DNA of 58,745 nt, filler included, from Sphacelaria rigidula (GCA_964200075.2; 9 parts of 9 records of this genome joined end to end with filler, not necessarily neighbours in it); one strand, 5' to 3'. Counted from the whole stretch's first letter, positions 1 to 13,078 are shown. Notes: generated by a model from the sequence alone, not told the origin. Program-made: numbers and translations.

Positions 1-937
1 GAAGCGCCGTGGTGTGCTCGGCGAGTCGCATGAAGGGCGAGCTGCATCCTGCTAAGATTGCTTGGCCCGAAGCGAACTGATCATCTTGCATTTGAATGAC
101 AGCCTACAATGAGTTACTTCAGTTTGTGGTATCGCCACTTCCGGAGACAAGCTACATCTTACACGCTGCCTCATGGGTGTCTCACCATGACGAGTACCGG
201 GGAAGAGATGGGCAGATCATTTGAGACTATGGAATCCTCCCGAGGACAGGAAGAGCTTGAGAGTATGGTGGAGATGAGGGATTGCAGCATGTTTGTCGGG
301 CGTTGTTGCTGCATCGTCAGGCACATGGTGGTTGCAGATGTTGTTGGCGTTGCGATTGTGTCCACCGACCGGCAGGCGAAATCTTCCGGGTGACGAAAGA
401 CAAGATTTGCCGCCCTCACCAGTAGATACTGAGATGATGTAGGCACGTGGAACAAGGAAAAGCTGACCCTGGTGTTCGCTCAGAAATGTGTCCATTATCG
501 AACACCATCCTTTAAGTGCTATGTGGCGGTTTCATAAAATCAAGCACACCTACTTGTAAACTCAACGCTCCACAAACTACACGGTGCATTGTTGTCATTC
601 TGTATTGATACCGTCAACAGGTACCGGGTGCCCCGGGAATCAACCGGGGGCGTCCGCGAGATCACGCGCAATTGTCCACAGCAACAAATGCTCACAACCC
701 ACGGCCCTCGCCCGACCGCGCATCCCCTTCGCCCCGCCGTCTGTATCGCCCCGTCTCTTCTTTTGCGTACGGTGGCGTCCAGGCATTGTTTGAGGGCCAC
801 CCATCGGTGGGCATGCTGTCCACGCCTCTGTTGCTATTCCACCCGGCCGAACTCATGCTCGGAAGTGTGCTTGCGCCTTTTTTTCGATCACGGGTGGAAG
901 GCAGAGAGGCAGCATCTGCGTCTGCCAAAGGAGTTAA
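1..937 (-). CDS. Four internal exons of an uncharacterised protein (937-696, 599-554, 428-186, 103-<1)
   Basis: Three GT-AG introns (TT|GTGAGC..TACAG|A, CAA|GTAGGT..CTCAG|TAT, ATG|GTGAGA..TGTAG|GCT). All are phase-compatible and give one open frame: LTPLADADAASL...RGL-MTTMHRVVCGALSLQ-YLLVRAANLVF...PVLVM-AVIQMQDDQFASG. No domain recognised. Confidence 0.65.
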
Positions 938-1266
938 CTGTAGCAAATAGAGTGTAGAGTATTGTTAGCACTACTGCAACGTTTTCGTTCACATCCATCC
1001 CTACCCGGAAGTACGATGATGCACCAGATTGTGATGAATACTACAATCCTCAGTTAGCTACCATATGCCATGCCTATCAGGCAGTCACTAGTGCAAATAT
1101 TATTTTCAAAAACCAGCTTCAACATAAAAAATTGGTCAAGCTAAAGCGAATGATGGAATCCACTCTCAATCAAGGCTCTACTCTCAATCTCACGAAAACA
1201 ATGTTATATTTAATCGTTTTTTGTTTCCTCCAGATATCCGTGGAGGTGATGTATCTATCACGCGCT

Positions 1267-1690
1267 CTCTGAGATATGTAGAAGGGCTATATGGATGGGA
1301 TCTTTTGAGTTTTTTTCGCCAGATATCCGGGGTCCCAGGAACAGCCCACTGGGACCCCGAATATCTGGCGAAAAGAAAGAACCGGAAGACCTCATCCATA
1401 CAACCCTTCGACATATCTGACACTTTCTACGATAGCCCCCCCCCAAAAAAAGTGCCTGGTTTTGGGAGGCAAACTCTTCACGTGAAACGAAATCGAAAAA
1501 GCCGAGCACAGCGAGTAGCTGGGAGTTCCCACACTTGGGTTCGTTCTCGTCAATGTCGCCCATATGAGGCGCTTCATGCAGCCCGAACCCAAACATCGGG
1601 CGCTGTATGACCATTTTTTTCGTGACACTTTTGGGCTGTTTTTTCTTTGGGGGGGGGGGGGGGGCTATCGTAGAAAGTGTCATCTCAGAG
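1267..1690. mobile_element. Palindromic (foldback) MITE interrupted by a nested MITE
   Basis: The outer arm ctctgagatatgtagaagggctatatggatg pairs with catccatacaacccttcgacatatct[insert]cagag. The inner arms are ttttcgccagatatccggggtcccag / ctgggaccccgaatatctggcgaaaa. Confidence 0.7.
1419..1681. mobile_element. MITE with 4-bp TSD (ATCT)
   Basis: TIRs gacactttctacgatagccccc / gggggctatcgtagaaagtgtc, with ATCT on both flanks. Removing it restores the host palindrome. A related partial copy lies near 6308-6420. Confidence 0.8.
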
Positions 1691-4188
1691 CAACCGTGTG
1701 CAAAATTTCAGGGTCTACCTCGCAAAAAATACGTGGGGAGGATTTGCCGTCTGCGTTGTCGTACACCAATGTACACGGAATCCCCCTCATTACTTGCTTA
1801 TGATATGCTTCCCACGGTTTCCATGGGCGCTCGAGCTTAAATTGACCGTTTGGGAGGAACGTTTCGAGTTTCGCAACGAAACTTTGTACAAACGTTCCTG
1901 GACTACCTCGGGATAAGTCAAAGTCGAATTTTGATTTTGAAGCAATCCGTACCAGCTTTCAGGGGTGTCCACGCTGGAACCCCCAAAAGTCGGTAGAGAG
2001 TGGATATACTTTGAAATGTTCTTGAACGACGTTTCCCCCTTTCGTACATTAGCGCACCCATACCTGCCAAACGGGCTAGTTTGAGGATGATCGGAGCTTT
2101 TCTACGAAGGTTACAAGTAAAACACCATGAAGTATTCTGAGCGCTCGATATACATTATGATACGTAGATCCGACACGAAAACCCCACATCACCGAAAAAC
2201 TACGTTTTGGAGTTTAACCCGATCCCACACAAACCGTTTATGAATATGTTTTTTGTGTGAGATCCCCTAGCTGATGGTGGATATTAAGGTTTGATTGGTG
2301 ATGGCAATAGGTACAAATTGTGTCGAGAAATCACCTGTTTAATTTCAGAACAATTTGGGGTCCCCTGATTGGCCGAAACACATTTCACCACCAGCGCCTC
2401 GGCAACCGAAGCAAGAAAAAATTGGCCATGTCACACAGTTCGTTTGCTCGCGGGGGTCACTGTGATACCAAATGTGTATCTCTCGGGTCAGTTTTCATGT
2501 TCTGTATCTAGTGGGAAATAAACTTCGGGCATTGACCCTGAACCATAGGGGAAGTTTCAACAGACGAATAAAATCCCCGATCCTAAACTCGGAAAATATT
2601 TGTGCACCCTCACCGTGGCATCCCCTGACCGTAGCACCACTCACTCGGGGAATATGCAGATGCAATAATCGATGTTATCGCAGCGGCGCCGAACAGGCTT
2701 CCACTTTGTCGTGTGCTCATCATATCGTTTTGATGTACTACCGGTGGAAACATTGATACTTACTTCCTCTGATCGGGAATGTAAGCTTGCTTGGAGGAAA
2801 CTGTGAATATCAGGGGCCCATGAAGGAGTTTCCGTGAACTTTTTTTTCGTTAGTTTCCCTATGACCTGGAGAAACGCTGGAGGAGACCGAGTTTTTTTAA
2901 TGAGAACCCAGCATCGAACTGCTTACACACTCTGGAGGAACAGGTGGAGAACAAAAACATCGAAAAATCTCCGGTTGAGCGGGTTCCGGTCAAAATTTTT
3001 CGGAAACTTGTTCACAGTGGTTCTCCTTGCGTCATGGAGAATGGCGCAATACCAAGATGTCCGGGAGGCGACCATCACAGCAGTCGATCGACCCAGAAGA
3101 AGATAGTAACTCTGGCTTGAGAGAAAACTTTTTGGGATCATCTCACTCTCGTCGATTCCTCCCCATGTCGTCGAACGAAAGTTTCGCTAGCTCTGCTGCT
3201 GCTGCTGGAGTGCAGTTCCATGGGCATCTCGGCTAGGGAAACCACCGCTATTGTTCAAGTGTAGCGCAGCTAGCCTATAGTTTCTTTTTCACATGCTGTT
3301 GTAAGGTGAAGTATATATCCTTCTGTCTTCGTAGGTGCCTCTGAAGAAAACTGCGCTGAGTAATGGCCGTTTCCACAAAAATGCTGTGATTTGACACGGG
3401 ATGTGATGCACGAACCTGTGTTGCTTCAGCCTTCTTCCCTCCACTCCCGGGGACGTTCACCATCCTAACCCCGCTTGAAGCGTGGAATAATTTCGGGGTC
3501 TGACCGAAAAACGGCTGCAAAGTCGTCTCCAGTTCACCAAACGCGCGCATCGGAAAATACTCCAGCGCAAGAGCTCGTCAATCGTCGTACAGGGGCGAAA
3601 ATGTTACGTCGAAGTAGTACTTGTCTCTAGGAGGTTTATCTCGCGCCACTAACCCCGGGGATCTGGAAATTATGCTTCCCCCGCCCCCATTCTTTTGTTT
3701 GCCGAAAATCACGAATCCATCAATCATTTAGAGAACACCAAGTGGTCCTCAGCCAGAAAGCGGTCCTATTGAGAGAGTTATCCCAAACGAGTTTATATTT
3801 CCACCAAATTGATTAGAGCTTACATTCCCGACCAGAGGAAGTACTTACGATTGAAGAACAAATTATACCCTGCTGAGGAAGGAAGGATGGAAAACAAGTA
3901 TCATAATATTGTGTAGTACATGACATGCTCAATCAACACGCAGACGTTACTGTAGACTACGGTATGTATTACGGGCGTAAACTCTACCAAGATGATCGAG
4001 TGATGTTGATGTTTGTCTATCATGCATGGTTATCCTTCGAATTTTACGACCGCGGGTCAGTCGCATACACGGTCGCACCCCCGATCTTTGGGCCATGACA
4101 GTAGTCTGCCATATCTCAGAAGTTTCATGTTACGGTTACACTACAGTTTACTGTACGCTGACTGGACTGCAATTGGAAACAGACGTAC

Positions 4189-4996
4189 ATCTTGAACTTT
4201 CCTTGGTCGTTGTGATAAAAGAAGCGTGTCTTTTCCGTTCGCCGCTGAGTTTCCTGCTTCGTTCACCTCCTAGACGACAGACGTCCATCTCTCACGGCCT
4301 TGATCTGCATCGTCGTGAGCAACGCCCCCGTTCGTTGGACTTCAATCCAAACCGAGGCTGCTCGATTCCAATCGGGCCGCTCTTGTATTGTCGGTTGCTG
4401 CCGGAGTTGCAGATCTTAGATATCTGCAGATTTCCCGCCAACAGCCCGCGGTGGGCGCATAGTTGAGGCTCTCCGGGTATAACGAGCAGGCACCAGGTAC
4501 CACAGATAGATAGTTTCGTCCTTGTTTCAGCATACCAGTTCTGCATTAGGACGTTGCCCTCAACCTGCAACAAGTCCACCAAGATACGGCCAGCGATTGA
4601 CGCCATCGCAGACGGCTATTACTGCTGTTCATTCATCGGGCCGCTTGGAGTAATAGTGTCGTTTTCACTAGCGACTCAGGGAGGAAGTTGGAACCATGAT
4701 CACTGATGTAGACCGTGCGAAATACGGAGCGGAGTACGCGGCCCTGGAGCTGAAGGAAGGACAAGCACTCTTGCAGGAGTTCCGTGATGACTTCTCGTCT
4801 ACGGGGGACAACCGCATCGGACGAGGTGCCGCAGGCAACGTGTTCCGCTTGAATGTAAGTGCAGGCTGTACTCGCGGACGGCACGAACATGATGTGACAG
4901 GTCTACCCACCCCGTTGCCGAAATTATTTTTCATCGTATTTTACTCGCAAGGGCGTACGATCTCCGACCAGGATCTTCCATCTGGCTGGCGCAGAC
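4189..4996 (-). pseudogene. Degraded exons of an unknown, helix-rich protein
   Basis: Protein-like segments (REVITELLQECLSFLQLQGRVLRSVF; PSAMASIAGRILVDLLQVEGNVLMQN) are broken by a frameshift and TAA-TAG stops. Donor-like GTATGC (~4535) and GTACGT (~4188) are present. It may belong to the same gene as 1-937. Confidence 0.35.
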
Positions 4997-5943
4997 TACA
5001 GTAAGTAGACAATCTGTGGTGCAGGATATAATGATCCCGTGCTGACTCCACAGATAGTATAGCACTACAAACTGCAGTAGTGACTTGAGATGCGAATAGA
5101 CAGCCGGGCATGCTGCAAGTAAGTCAGTTAGTTGTGATGAGGTACATTAGTACACATGGCAGGTCAAAACGAGAGAGTGTCGTTACTTGGTGGACAACGC
5201 ACAAACACTTACAATTTTCAAGTTTCTCATATTTCTGCTGCTAACTAACTGTGTGTGGTGGCTCCATGCACCTCAAGCGCCAAGCTATTCATCTACAACA
5301 ACAGAGCTGTATCAGTTGCACTGCCTGTAGTAGACTACTACTGTGATAGGTACACATGGCATTTTGGAACAAAATACAAGTTCTTGACGTTGCCGCGGTT
5401 GCCGCAGAGTGCAGAACATGAACCGCGTTCTTCTACTCCACGCAATTTAATACAGCTACATGTTTGATTGGATTTTTACGGCGGTTTCAGCAAATTTCAC
5501 CAGGAGTAGGCATGGCGGTTTCATGATATTATACAAGTAGTTCAGTACGCAGGTACAGTATTTGCCACGCTCGACCCTGAAGTAGCCATGCTGGTCCTGT
5601 TCTACTGTATGTACTACTATTGTCTGTACTTTACTACGCTTGCTTGCAGACGCACTTCCCAGCACTGCTCTTCTGTCGGTAGTTGCTACCCGGCGAGCAT
5701 TGAACGAGACATTATCACTTATCTATACATATCGCGAGTTTTTGTCTTCTCTGAGAGACGGATATGTGCTCACATCGAAAAAGGCATCCGGTATCTGCGC
5801 AGTATATTCCAACATCCGCACTGATCCCGCTGATCACGAACGTGTTTCACGATCACAGGCTAACTACGAGTATCCAACTAAGGTGAAGGAATTCAACCCT
5901 TGGACTGCGAACCTCTCTCAGATGGACTCCGATGAACTGTCAC

Positions 5944-6060
5944 ATCACGGGTGGCCACTGGGGTGCCTGCAACCTCAAATTTGGACGTTACAGACCTTAT
6001 TGTGCAAGGTCTGTAACGTCCAAATTTGAGGTTGCAGGCACCCCAGTGGCCACCAGTGAT
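5944..6060. repeat. Near-perfect hairpin, 55-bp arms, 7-nt loop
   Basis: 5944-5998 is the reverse complement of 6006-6060 with one mismatch; loop ATTGTGC. Confidence 0.92.
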
Positions 6061-6439
6061 CTTTTGGCGGTCACAACAGCTCCTTTGTCGCTACACAAAA
6101 TGCCTTCTTTCGTGAACATGCATGTAGCTCTGTGTGGATGCTGGGCATCTCAAACAGAAAATAGCCCCCAGAGAACCCCTGACCGGTATTGACTCCCAGT
6201 CAACTGCGTGCAGAGTCAGTATATATATGTACTGTATGTTTTCGGTGGATACAACGACAATAGAAACACTAAGCGTGCCATTGCTCTCCACCGAGGAGTG
6301 ACGCCGCAATAGCCCCCCCCCAAAAAAAAATGGCTGGTATGAGGAGGCAAAATCTACACGTGAACCAAAATGACAAAAAAAAAAAGCCGATAAACACCGA
6401 CTAGTAGTTCAGACCAGTTAGACAATCTAACACCGACCA

Positions 6440-6539
6440 NNNNNNNNNNNNNNNNNNNNNNNNNNNNNNNNNNNNNNNNNNNNTTAATTAATTAANNNNN
6501 NNNNNNNNNNNNNNNNNNNNNNNNNNNNNNNNNNNNNNN
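6440..6539. other. Artificial contig-joining linker (first of 8)
   Basis: N44-TTAATTAATTAA-N44 (stops in all six frames) at 6440-6539, 12979-13078, 19518-19617, 26056-26155, 32594-32693, 39132-39231, 45670-45769 and 52208-52307. The contigs are 6439,6439,6439 then 6438 bp, i.e. sorted by length. A separate 10-N scaffold gap lies at 57265-57274. Confidence 0.99.
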
Positions 6540-7649
6540 TTGTGTTTTTTGTTGTTGTTGTACTAATTTATTGCTTGCCTTTGTCGTTTGATCATTGACC
6601 ACGCATCTCTTTCGAGGCGGAGTACCGTACCTACTCCTAATAAAGACACCTCCAACATTTGAGTGTCCATTACGCTTGTTGCATACATTGCGCAAGAACC
6701 TTATACATATCGTATCCCTGTCCTGTTTCGCCGTCTGTGGCCACCATCCATCTCCTAGTACAGCCATCGTTTCCTCGCTACTGTCTAATGCATCAAATGA
6801 TTTCATGCCACATTTGTTCACGTCCCGCATTTTCCCCTTTACCACGTCCCGTTCCTCCTTGTATACTTCACATTCTACAACTATATGACTTCTGCTCCCT
6901 ATTGCTTTGCCACAACGGCAATTTTGTGCATCTACTTCCTCCTCCTCTCGACTGCTGGTGAATCTCTTTCTTCCTGGAAGGTCCAGGTGCCCCACCCGAA
7001 ATCGCAGTTTCAATTTTCTCACCGCGTCTATGGGGTCATGCAGACATGTTTTCATCCCGATCCCCTCTCTCAACCCCCCGTATATCTCCAGGTTTTCTTC
7101 CTCGTCTACCTTGCGTCTGAGCGATTCTTTTTCCCTTCTTTCTATCATGTCCCTTACTGTTGTCTTGTACCCGGCGCCTTCACCTATGGACAGCATTTCG
7201 TCTTGGTTTCCTCCTATCTTCTTCCACACTTTTTTTACTTCTTTATACCACCTTATTCCAGCATGCCTTTTCGTACTTGTCCTCCATACAGCCCTATCAA
7301 CTATAGCTGGTAATCTCTTTCTCTGCATATTATTTACGCTATATTGCCACCTCAATTTCCTCATGTCTTTGTTTGTTTCAAGTGAGCACATACCCAACTC
7401 TGCTCCCAATGCTGTATTACTCGTCGTTTTCGAGTATCCAAGTGCCTTCTTAGCTGCTGCCGTCTGTTCTGTTTCCAACTTCTTTGCCAACTTCATGTTC
7501 CCCTCCCATACTTCTCCTGCATATTCCAGCTTTGGTACGATCACGTTCATCAGGATATATATCTTGATACTAGTGTCTAGATGCGAGTCTCTGAGGACCA
7601 CTCCCATCCTTCCTATCTGTGCTTTTCTCTTTTCTATTACTTCACTCAT
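6540..7649 (-). mobile_element. 5'-truncated LINE, ORF2 C-terminus with (CAA)n tail
   Basis: Post-RT motif KIYILMNVIVPKLEYAGEVW and a C-terminal Cys/His motif CRCGK...SHIVVEC. The element ends in tagtacaacaacaacaaaaaacacaa. No YxDD RT core is present. Confidence 0.85.
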
Positions 7650-7685
7650 GCGTGTACTCCAAGAATAGTTTCTTGAGACGTCGAA

Positions 7686-7758
7686 GGGGGGGAAGGGGAG
7701 GCGTACTCATCTGTTGCTTGCCTCGGTCGTTTGACTATTGACCATTGGGGGGGGGGGG
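7686..7758 (-). mobile_element. Ultra-short 3' fragment of the same LINE family between G/C tracts
   Basis: gtactcatctgttgcttgcctcggtcgtttgactattgacc matches 6560-6600. Further fragments lie at 12005-12900 (split by a MITE) and 32458-32525. Confidence 0.75.
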
Positions 7759-9384
7759 AAGGGAGGGGATCTCTTTTTGCTGATAGACGACGCCCATTAC
7801 ATAGATAGGTCATTGCCACGCGTACATCGCGCGTCGCAGTTTCCTCATGCACGAGTCGCGACCAGCAGCATGTTCCCGCTGCAGTACAGAAAAACAGTAT
7901 GGTGTAGTATAGCGGTGACAGCGCCAGCAATTCATACGGTGGTCACCCATGTGGGAACATGGCCAGACACAGGGCAGAATGATGCATGGACGAAGAATAC
8001 GTGCACCCTCCTCCACCAAACATAGCATGCTGCTGCACGCGTTTGTTGGCTTCAATAACGGTCCGTCTTGCATAACTCCTGCACACCCTGTATAATGACG
8101 ACATACGACGGTACAAAAATGTACTGCGTGCAGTATAACATATTTTGTCTATAGACGCAATAGTCGATACTACACGCAGTACACTATTTGACGATGAAAT
8201 ACTTTGTCCAGAGTGTGGATTTCTGCCAACCGCCCGTGTCCATTCAGCGTTCACATACGCCTACGAGAAACACCCGCCGAAAACTTGCGGAAGTGTCAAC
8301 GCATGAAATCTCGCAGCAGGTATGAATCGGCATTCAAGGGATGAGCATTTTCTAGATGTTAGCTGAATCACAGATTGACGAGTCCTTCCGGCAATGTAAA
8401 TGGTGATGAATTGTACGTGTTGACTCCTCTGGTGACCGTTAAAATCTCATTCGTGTCGTAGAGACAACGCCTTCGTGTCAGTACGGGGGTTGGGGTTGAA
8501 CAATAACTTGCAGCCGTGCATATGCGGTATGTCATTCATTTTGTGCAGGTGCCACAAGCCACAATACTACACATTCCCGTAATGCGCTGATGGGCATGCC
8601 AGTGAGTGATCGTATCAGCAATACGTATAAACATGCGCTCCTGTGTGCAGCCTCGCCTCGTATGGTCGCCGAGTTATTCAAGGACCATTCCTCATGGTGG
8701 GAGTACGTTTATAAACTCCTCATCAGCTTGTCCATTCCCACCTGGAAAAACTGGCAAAGTGATCATTTCATGTTACGGGTACACGGTTTTAGGCCAACGT
8801 TCCACATCACACATTTCATCACACGGTATGACGCTAACAGGGCGAGCTCCAAATATCACCATGATTACCCCTAAAAGCAGCAAAAACATACAATATCGAC
8901 AAGCAATACGGCCGTGCTGTGCGCAGATTTACAGTGAGCGAGCGAGCGAGCGGGCTCGCACAGCGAGCCCCACTTGCTCCTCCCGGCTGGCGAGGGGACC
9001 CTGCTGAAGGCGCCGCCGGAGGTAGAAAGGATAGAGCTATTTAGCTCGACATCTCGTCAAAAAGTGGCCCAAATTGCATCGCTGAAACCTGGCAATGTTG
9101 AACTTACTTTTCGACCAAATGTTGGCAGAAAATATAAAAAGATAAATGTAGATCAATTATGTTCTGATGTTGGCCACATCAGCTCACAACACGCAGCACA
9201 CAGCACACAACGCACAACACCTCACCCCACACCCCACATACCACCGTCCAGAAACACACACGCAATGCATGGGCGACCCTAAAATGAGGTCCCTCAAAGG
9301 CAAAGCGCTCGTCCAAGTGAGTAACTACAGTGGTGAAACCAATTGCTTCGGTGTGTTCGGTAGCTTTTCTATATTATGCGCATA

Positions 9385-9846
9385 TTGCAGGTAACACGGG
9401 ATTTTGCTAATCTGATGATGGGCTGCCTTTTTTTTAGGATGAACCTCGGGGGCCTTCATAAAAATCGAAATATTCTCGAAACGAAATGCAAATGCACTAC
9501 TTGTATCCGGCCGTGATGTGTGACCTCGCTCACACTTATAAAACAAATCATCCGCAATTTGTAAAATCCCGTGTCAACAGGGGATAATGATACATAAAAA
9601 CGTTTCTTCGTACGGGAATGAACGAAGGTCGGAAATGTTCGGTATAAATGCGGGATTTTATAAACTGCAGGCGGATTATTTCGAGGATGAGCGAGACCAC
9701 ACTTCGCTTCCGGGAGAATGCATTTTTATTTCTATTTCTGAAATATTCCGTTGCTTATGAGGATTCCCAAAGTTCATCCTCAACGAAAATCCATGCTCAA
9801 TCAATCAATCAAATATAATATTAGCAAGATCCCGTGTCAGGTGCAA
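9385..9846. mobile_element. Foldback MITE with long imperfect inverted arms (~190 bp)
   Basis: ttgcaggtaacacgggattttgctaat pairs with attagcaagatcccgtgtcaggtgcaa, and pairing continues inward (aggatgaac/gttcatcct; gtaaaatcccg/cgggatttta). Confidence 0.7.
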
Positions 9847-11011
9847 GAAAGAAGTGTTGCGGTGGAGCAACCGAAAGGTGTGCAGCCCAATCTAGTATTT
9901 CATTTCTGCTGTATGTAGTGACATCGTTTTTGCTGTAGCGTTAACTGAATGATTGGTTGTTGTACTTCAACTGATCCCCTGGGAGTCATCATCCAGCCGT
10001 GGTCAATATCCAGATGACAGACGTACGTACCCGAGATAAAAAACAAAATGAAAACACTCGCGGAAGAAACAGAGAGAGCGGATTGAGAAACCAGAATAAA
10101 AGGGAGAAAAGAAGAAAAAAACGGAACAAAACAGAGACAATAGCAAAAAAACGAGAAATGGTGGGCCTCTTCCACATGGCTTCGGTGGAAATTAGCTTGC
10201 GCAAGAACCAGGCTCGTGCCCAATCGTAGAAAACGACAAGCCGGGGGAACAGATTGAGCAGCAGAGTACCCCACGCTGCCTTGTGTTCGATAATTACGCA
10301 CCTCGTCCTGCTTTGATCAATCTATCAGACCACGAGGATTTTATGAAACAGGCAAAAACTGCTGTTGATGCCCATTGCTAAATAAGTATCACCTTGTGCA
10401 ACATGTTCACTACTATACTCTATCTACTATCTACCGCACGGATGTTCCTTGTGTTTAGGGCTCAATTGCATATCCTGACCGATACAAAAGCACCGGAATT
10501 GGAATCGAGATCTGGTATCATCGTGCGTATCGCCTATTTTTGGAATATCGACAAAAATATCGATGTGTCGTCCTTTTTTTTGTCGACTTTTTCAAAATAA
10601 TATCGATTGAATCAGATTCTAATTTCAATCTTCAACACTAGCGTTGACCATCCGGCATCAGCCCTCAACAGTAAATCAGAAGGACAAGAACGTGGAAAAT
10701 CACAACCTTGTGCAGAAAAATCAAAATTCTCGGTGCTGTGAAAAGGTGATTCCGTGACAGACACTTGTGGGAATTTGTCCCTTCTGTGTGGTTGTTCCCA
10801 CATCATCCCCTTCTTTCACGAACCTCTTGGAGGTTTTGTAGGAGTAACTCTTTACGCCGACTAGCGGTTGGAATCTTGACTTTTTAACTCACATATCTTC
10901 TACGTGTGTTGAGATATCCAACCAACGATTTTCCGTGAGTTTTGAACTCTGTTTCAGAGGGTATCCACCATTTTTTTTGGCTCCCACCAATTTGGTGGGA
11001 TCCGAGATTTA

Positions 11012-11821
11012 GGGCGTGTCTTCGCAGCTTTTTTTTTCGATCGAAAAATGGGGCGGTGGAATCGAATAGAGCGAAAGTCGTTCATTTTTCTCGAGTTGGG
11101 TCCAATCGAATTTTCAAGCTCTCGGTCGAAAAAAGATGGTCAAGTTCGTGAAACGGTACGTGATCACTCGTGTACAGAACGGTCTGTACTGTCTGCACTG
11201 CTTGCGAGCAGTTTGTCTTGAATGCGTGTGTGCGTGTTTCGTACAGGAGAACTGAAAAGAGAAGCGAAACGCGCAGTGCAGACAGCCCAGGACTACCAAT
11301 TCTCTCTGCTGACAATGCGACGTGAAAAGGACTTCAGCAACGTGCAGCTCTGTACTGCCTGCACCGTCCATGAGCGTGCACGCAACTCGGTTGCCCACCC
11401 TATCACCCAGTTCCGTCGCTGATGTCTACCATGAAAGAAGATGCGCAAGTTTTCACCGACAAAAAATAAACAAAGCAAACACAACTACTACAGTATATCT
11501 ATCCCTGTGCTCAACTCGTGCTCTATGCTACAGGATTGAGGTGGTAGCTGGGAAAGAGTTGGATGGAGTTTGCATGATTCTGTGAACAGGTGTTCTCTGG
11601 CGTGATGATCTGGTGCCGCTTCGTGCCTTTCGACCGTATGTTTTCGATCGAAAAGGACAATTTTTCGTGTCAAATATTTTTCTCCGCGCGCCACTAATTA
11701 CAAGTTCGAGTTGAAGCCTTCCAGGAACATAAAATGCGTAAACGCGGTGGACCTATCAGATCGGCAAGAAATATTTTGACCGCACTTTTTCGATCAAAAG
11801 CTAAAGTGTCAGGACACGCCC
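11012..11821 (+). mobile_element. PIF/Harbinger-like non-autonomous element, copy 1
   Basis: TTA|gggcgtgtc ... gacacgccc|TTA. A 3-bp TTA TSD and GGG termini are typical of PIF/Harbinger. tcgatc subterminal motifs. Confidence 0.8.
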
Positions 11822-12034
11822 TTAAGCCCGGGACCTAGGTCTTCTGTTTGTGAAGCGTACGAGTGATCTCATGATGTCGTCAACGTGAAGAAATGATTCC
11901 TTGACAAGACACTTGGGAGACTATGCCCCTTCTGGTGGTTCCCACATTTCAACGTTTCTCTCTCGGTACGACGGGGCCTCAGACCGTTTCTTACGCTCGA
12001 TTTTGGGGGGCATATTCATTCGTTGATTGCCTTA

Positions 12035-12853
12035 GGCCGTGTCTTAGCACTTTTTTTCGATCAAAAAAGTGCGGTCAATGCTTTTTGCCGGTCTCATAGG
12101 TCCACCGCATTGATGTTCCTTGAAGGCTTCAACTCAAAATTGTGATTAGCGGCGCGCGGAGAAGAATGCAGCGAGGTGCAACACAATCGTTTTCGATCGA
12201 AAACATGCGGTCGAAAGGCACGAAGCGGCACTTGACTCTCATCTTACAGACCACCACGCCAAATAACACCTGTTCACAGGATCATGCAAACTCCATCCGA
12301 CTCATTCTCAGCTACCACCGCAACCCTGCAGCATAGAGCACGAGTTGAGCACAGGGATAGATACACTGCAGTAGTCGGGTGTACTTTGTTTATTTTTTGA
12401 TAGCGAAAACTTGCTCATCTTCTCTCATGGTAGGCATCAGCGACGGGCCGGCGTGGTAGGGTGGGCAACCGAGTTGCGTGCACTCTCATGGACGGTGCAG
12501 GCAGTACAAAGCTGTACGTTGCTGAAGTCCTTTTCACGTCGCATTGTAAGCAGAGAGGACTGATAGTCCTGGGCTGTCTGCACTGCACGTTGCCCGCTTG
12601 TCCTGTATATCCTCCTGGAGGAAACACGCACACACGCACTCAAGGCATTCTGCTTGCAAGCAGTGCAGACAGTACAGGCTGTCTGTACGGTACACGAGTG
12701 ACCATGTACCGTTTCACAATTTTCACTGTATTTTTTCGATCGAAAGCTTGAAAGTCTATCTGGAACGAACTATATCAAAACGATAAATTTTCTTTCGAAT
12801 CGATTCCACCGCTCCATTTTTTCGATCGAAAGGAAAAGTGCTAAGACAGGCCC
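12035..12853 (-). mobile_element. PIF/Harbinger-like non-autonomous element, copy 2 (inverted)
   Basis: TTA|ggccgtgtcttagcac ... gtgctaagacaggccc|TTA. Homologous along its whole length to the reverse complement of 11012-11821. It is inserted into a LINE 3' fragment. Confidence 0.8.
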
Positions 12854-13078
12854 TTAGCCGTTTGACCATTGAGCACACATCCCTTTCGAGACGGAGCGTG
12901 CGGAGCGGTTGGCTTTGAGGAAGAAGGGGGGGGGGGGGGGGGGCCCAGGGTTAAGCAACCCAAAATCAAACGACCCTTNNNNNNNNNNNNNNNNNNNNNN
13001 NNNNNNNNNNNNNNNNNNNNNNTTAATTAATTAANNNNNNNNNNNNNNNNNNNNNNNNNNNNNNNNNNNNNNNNNNNN

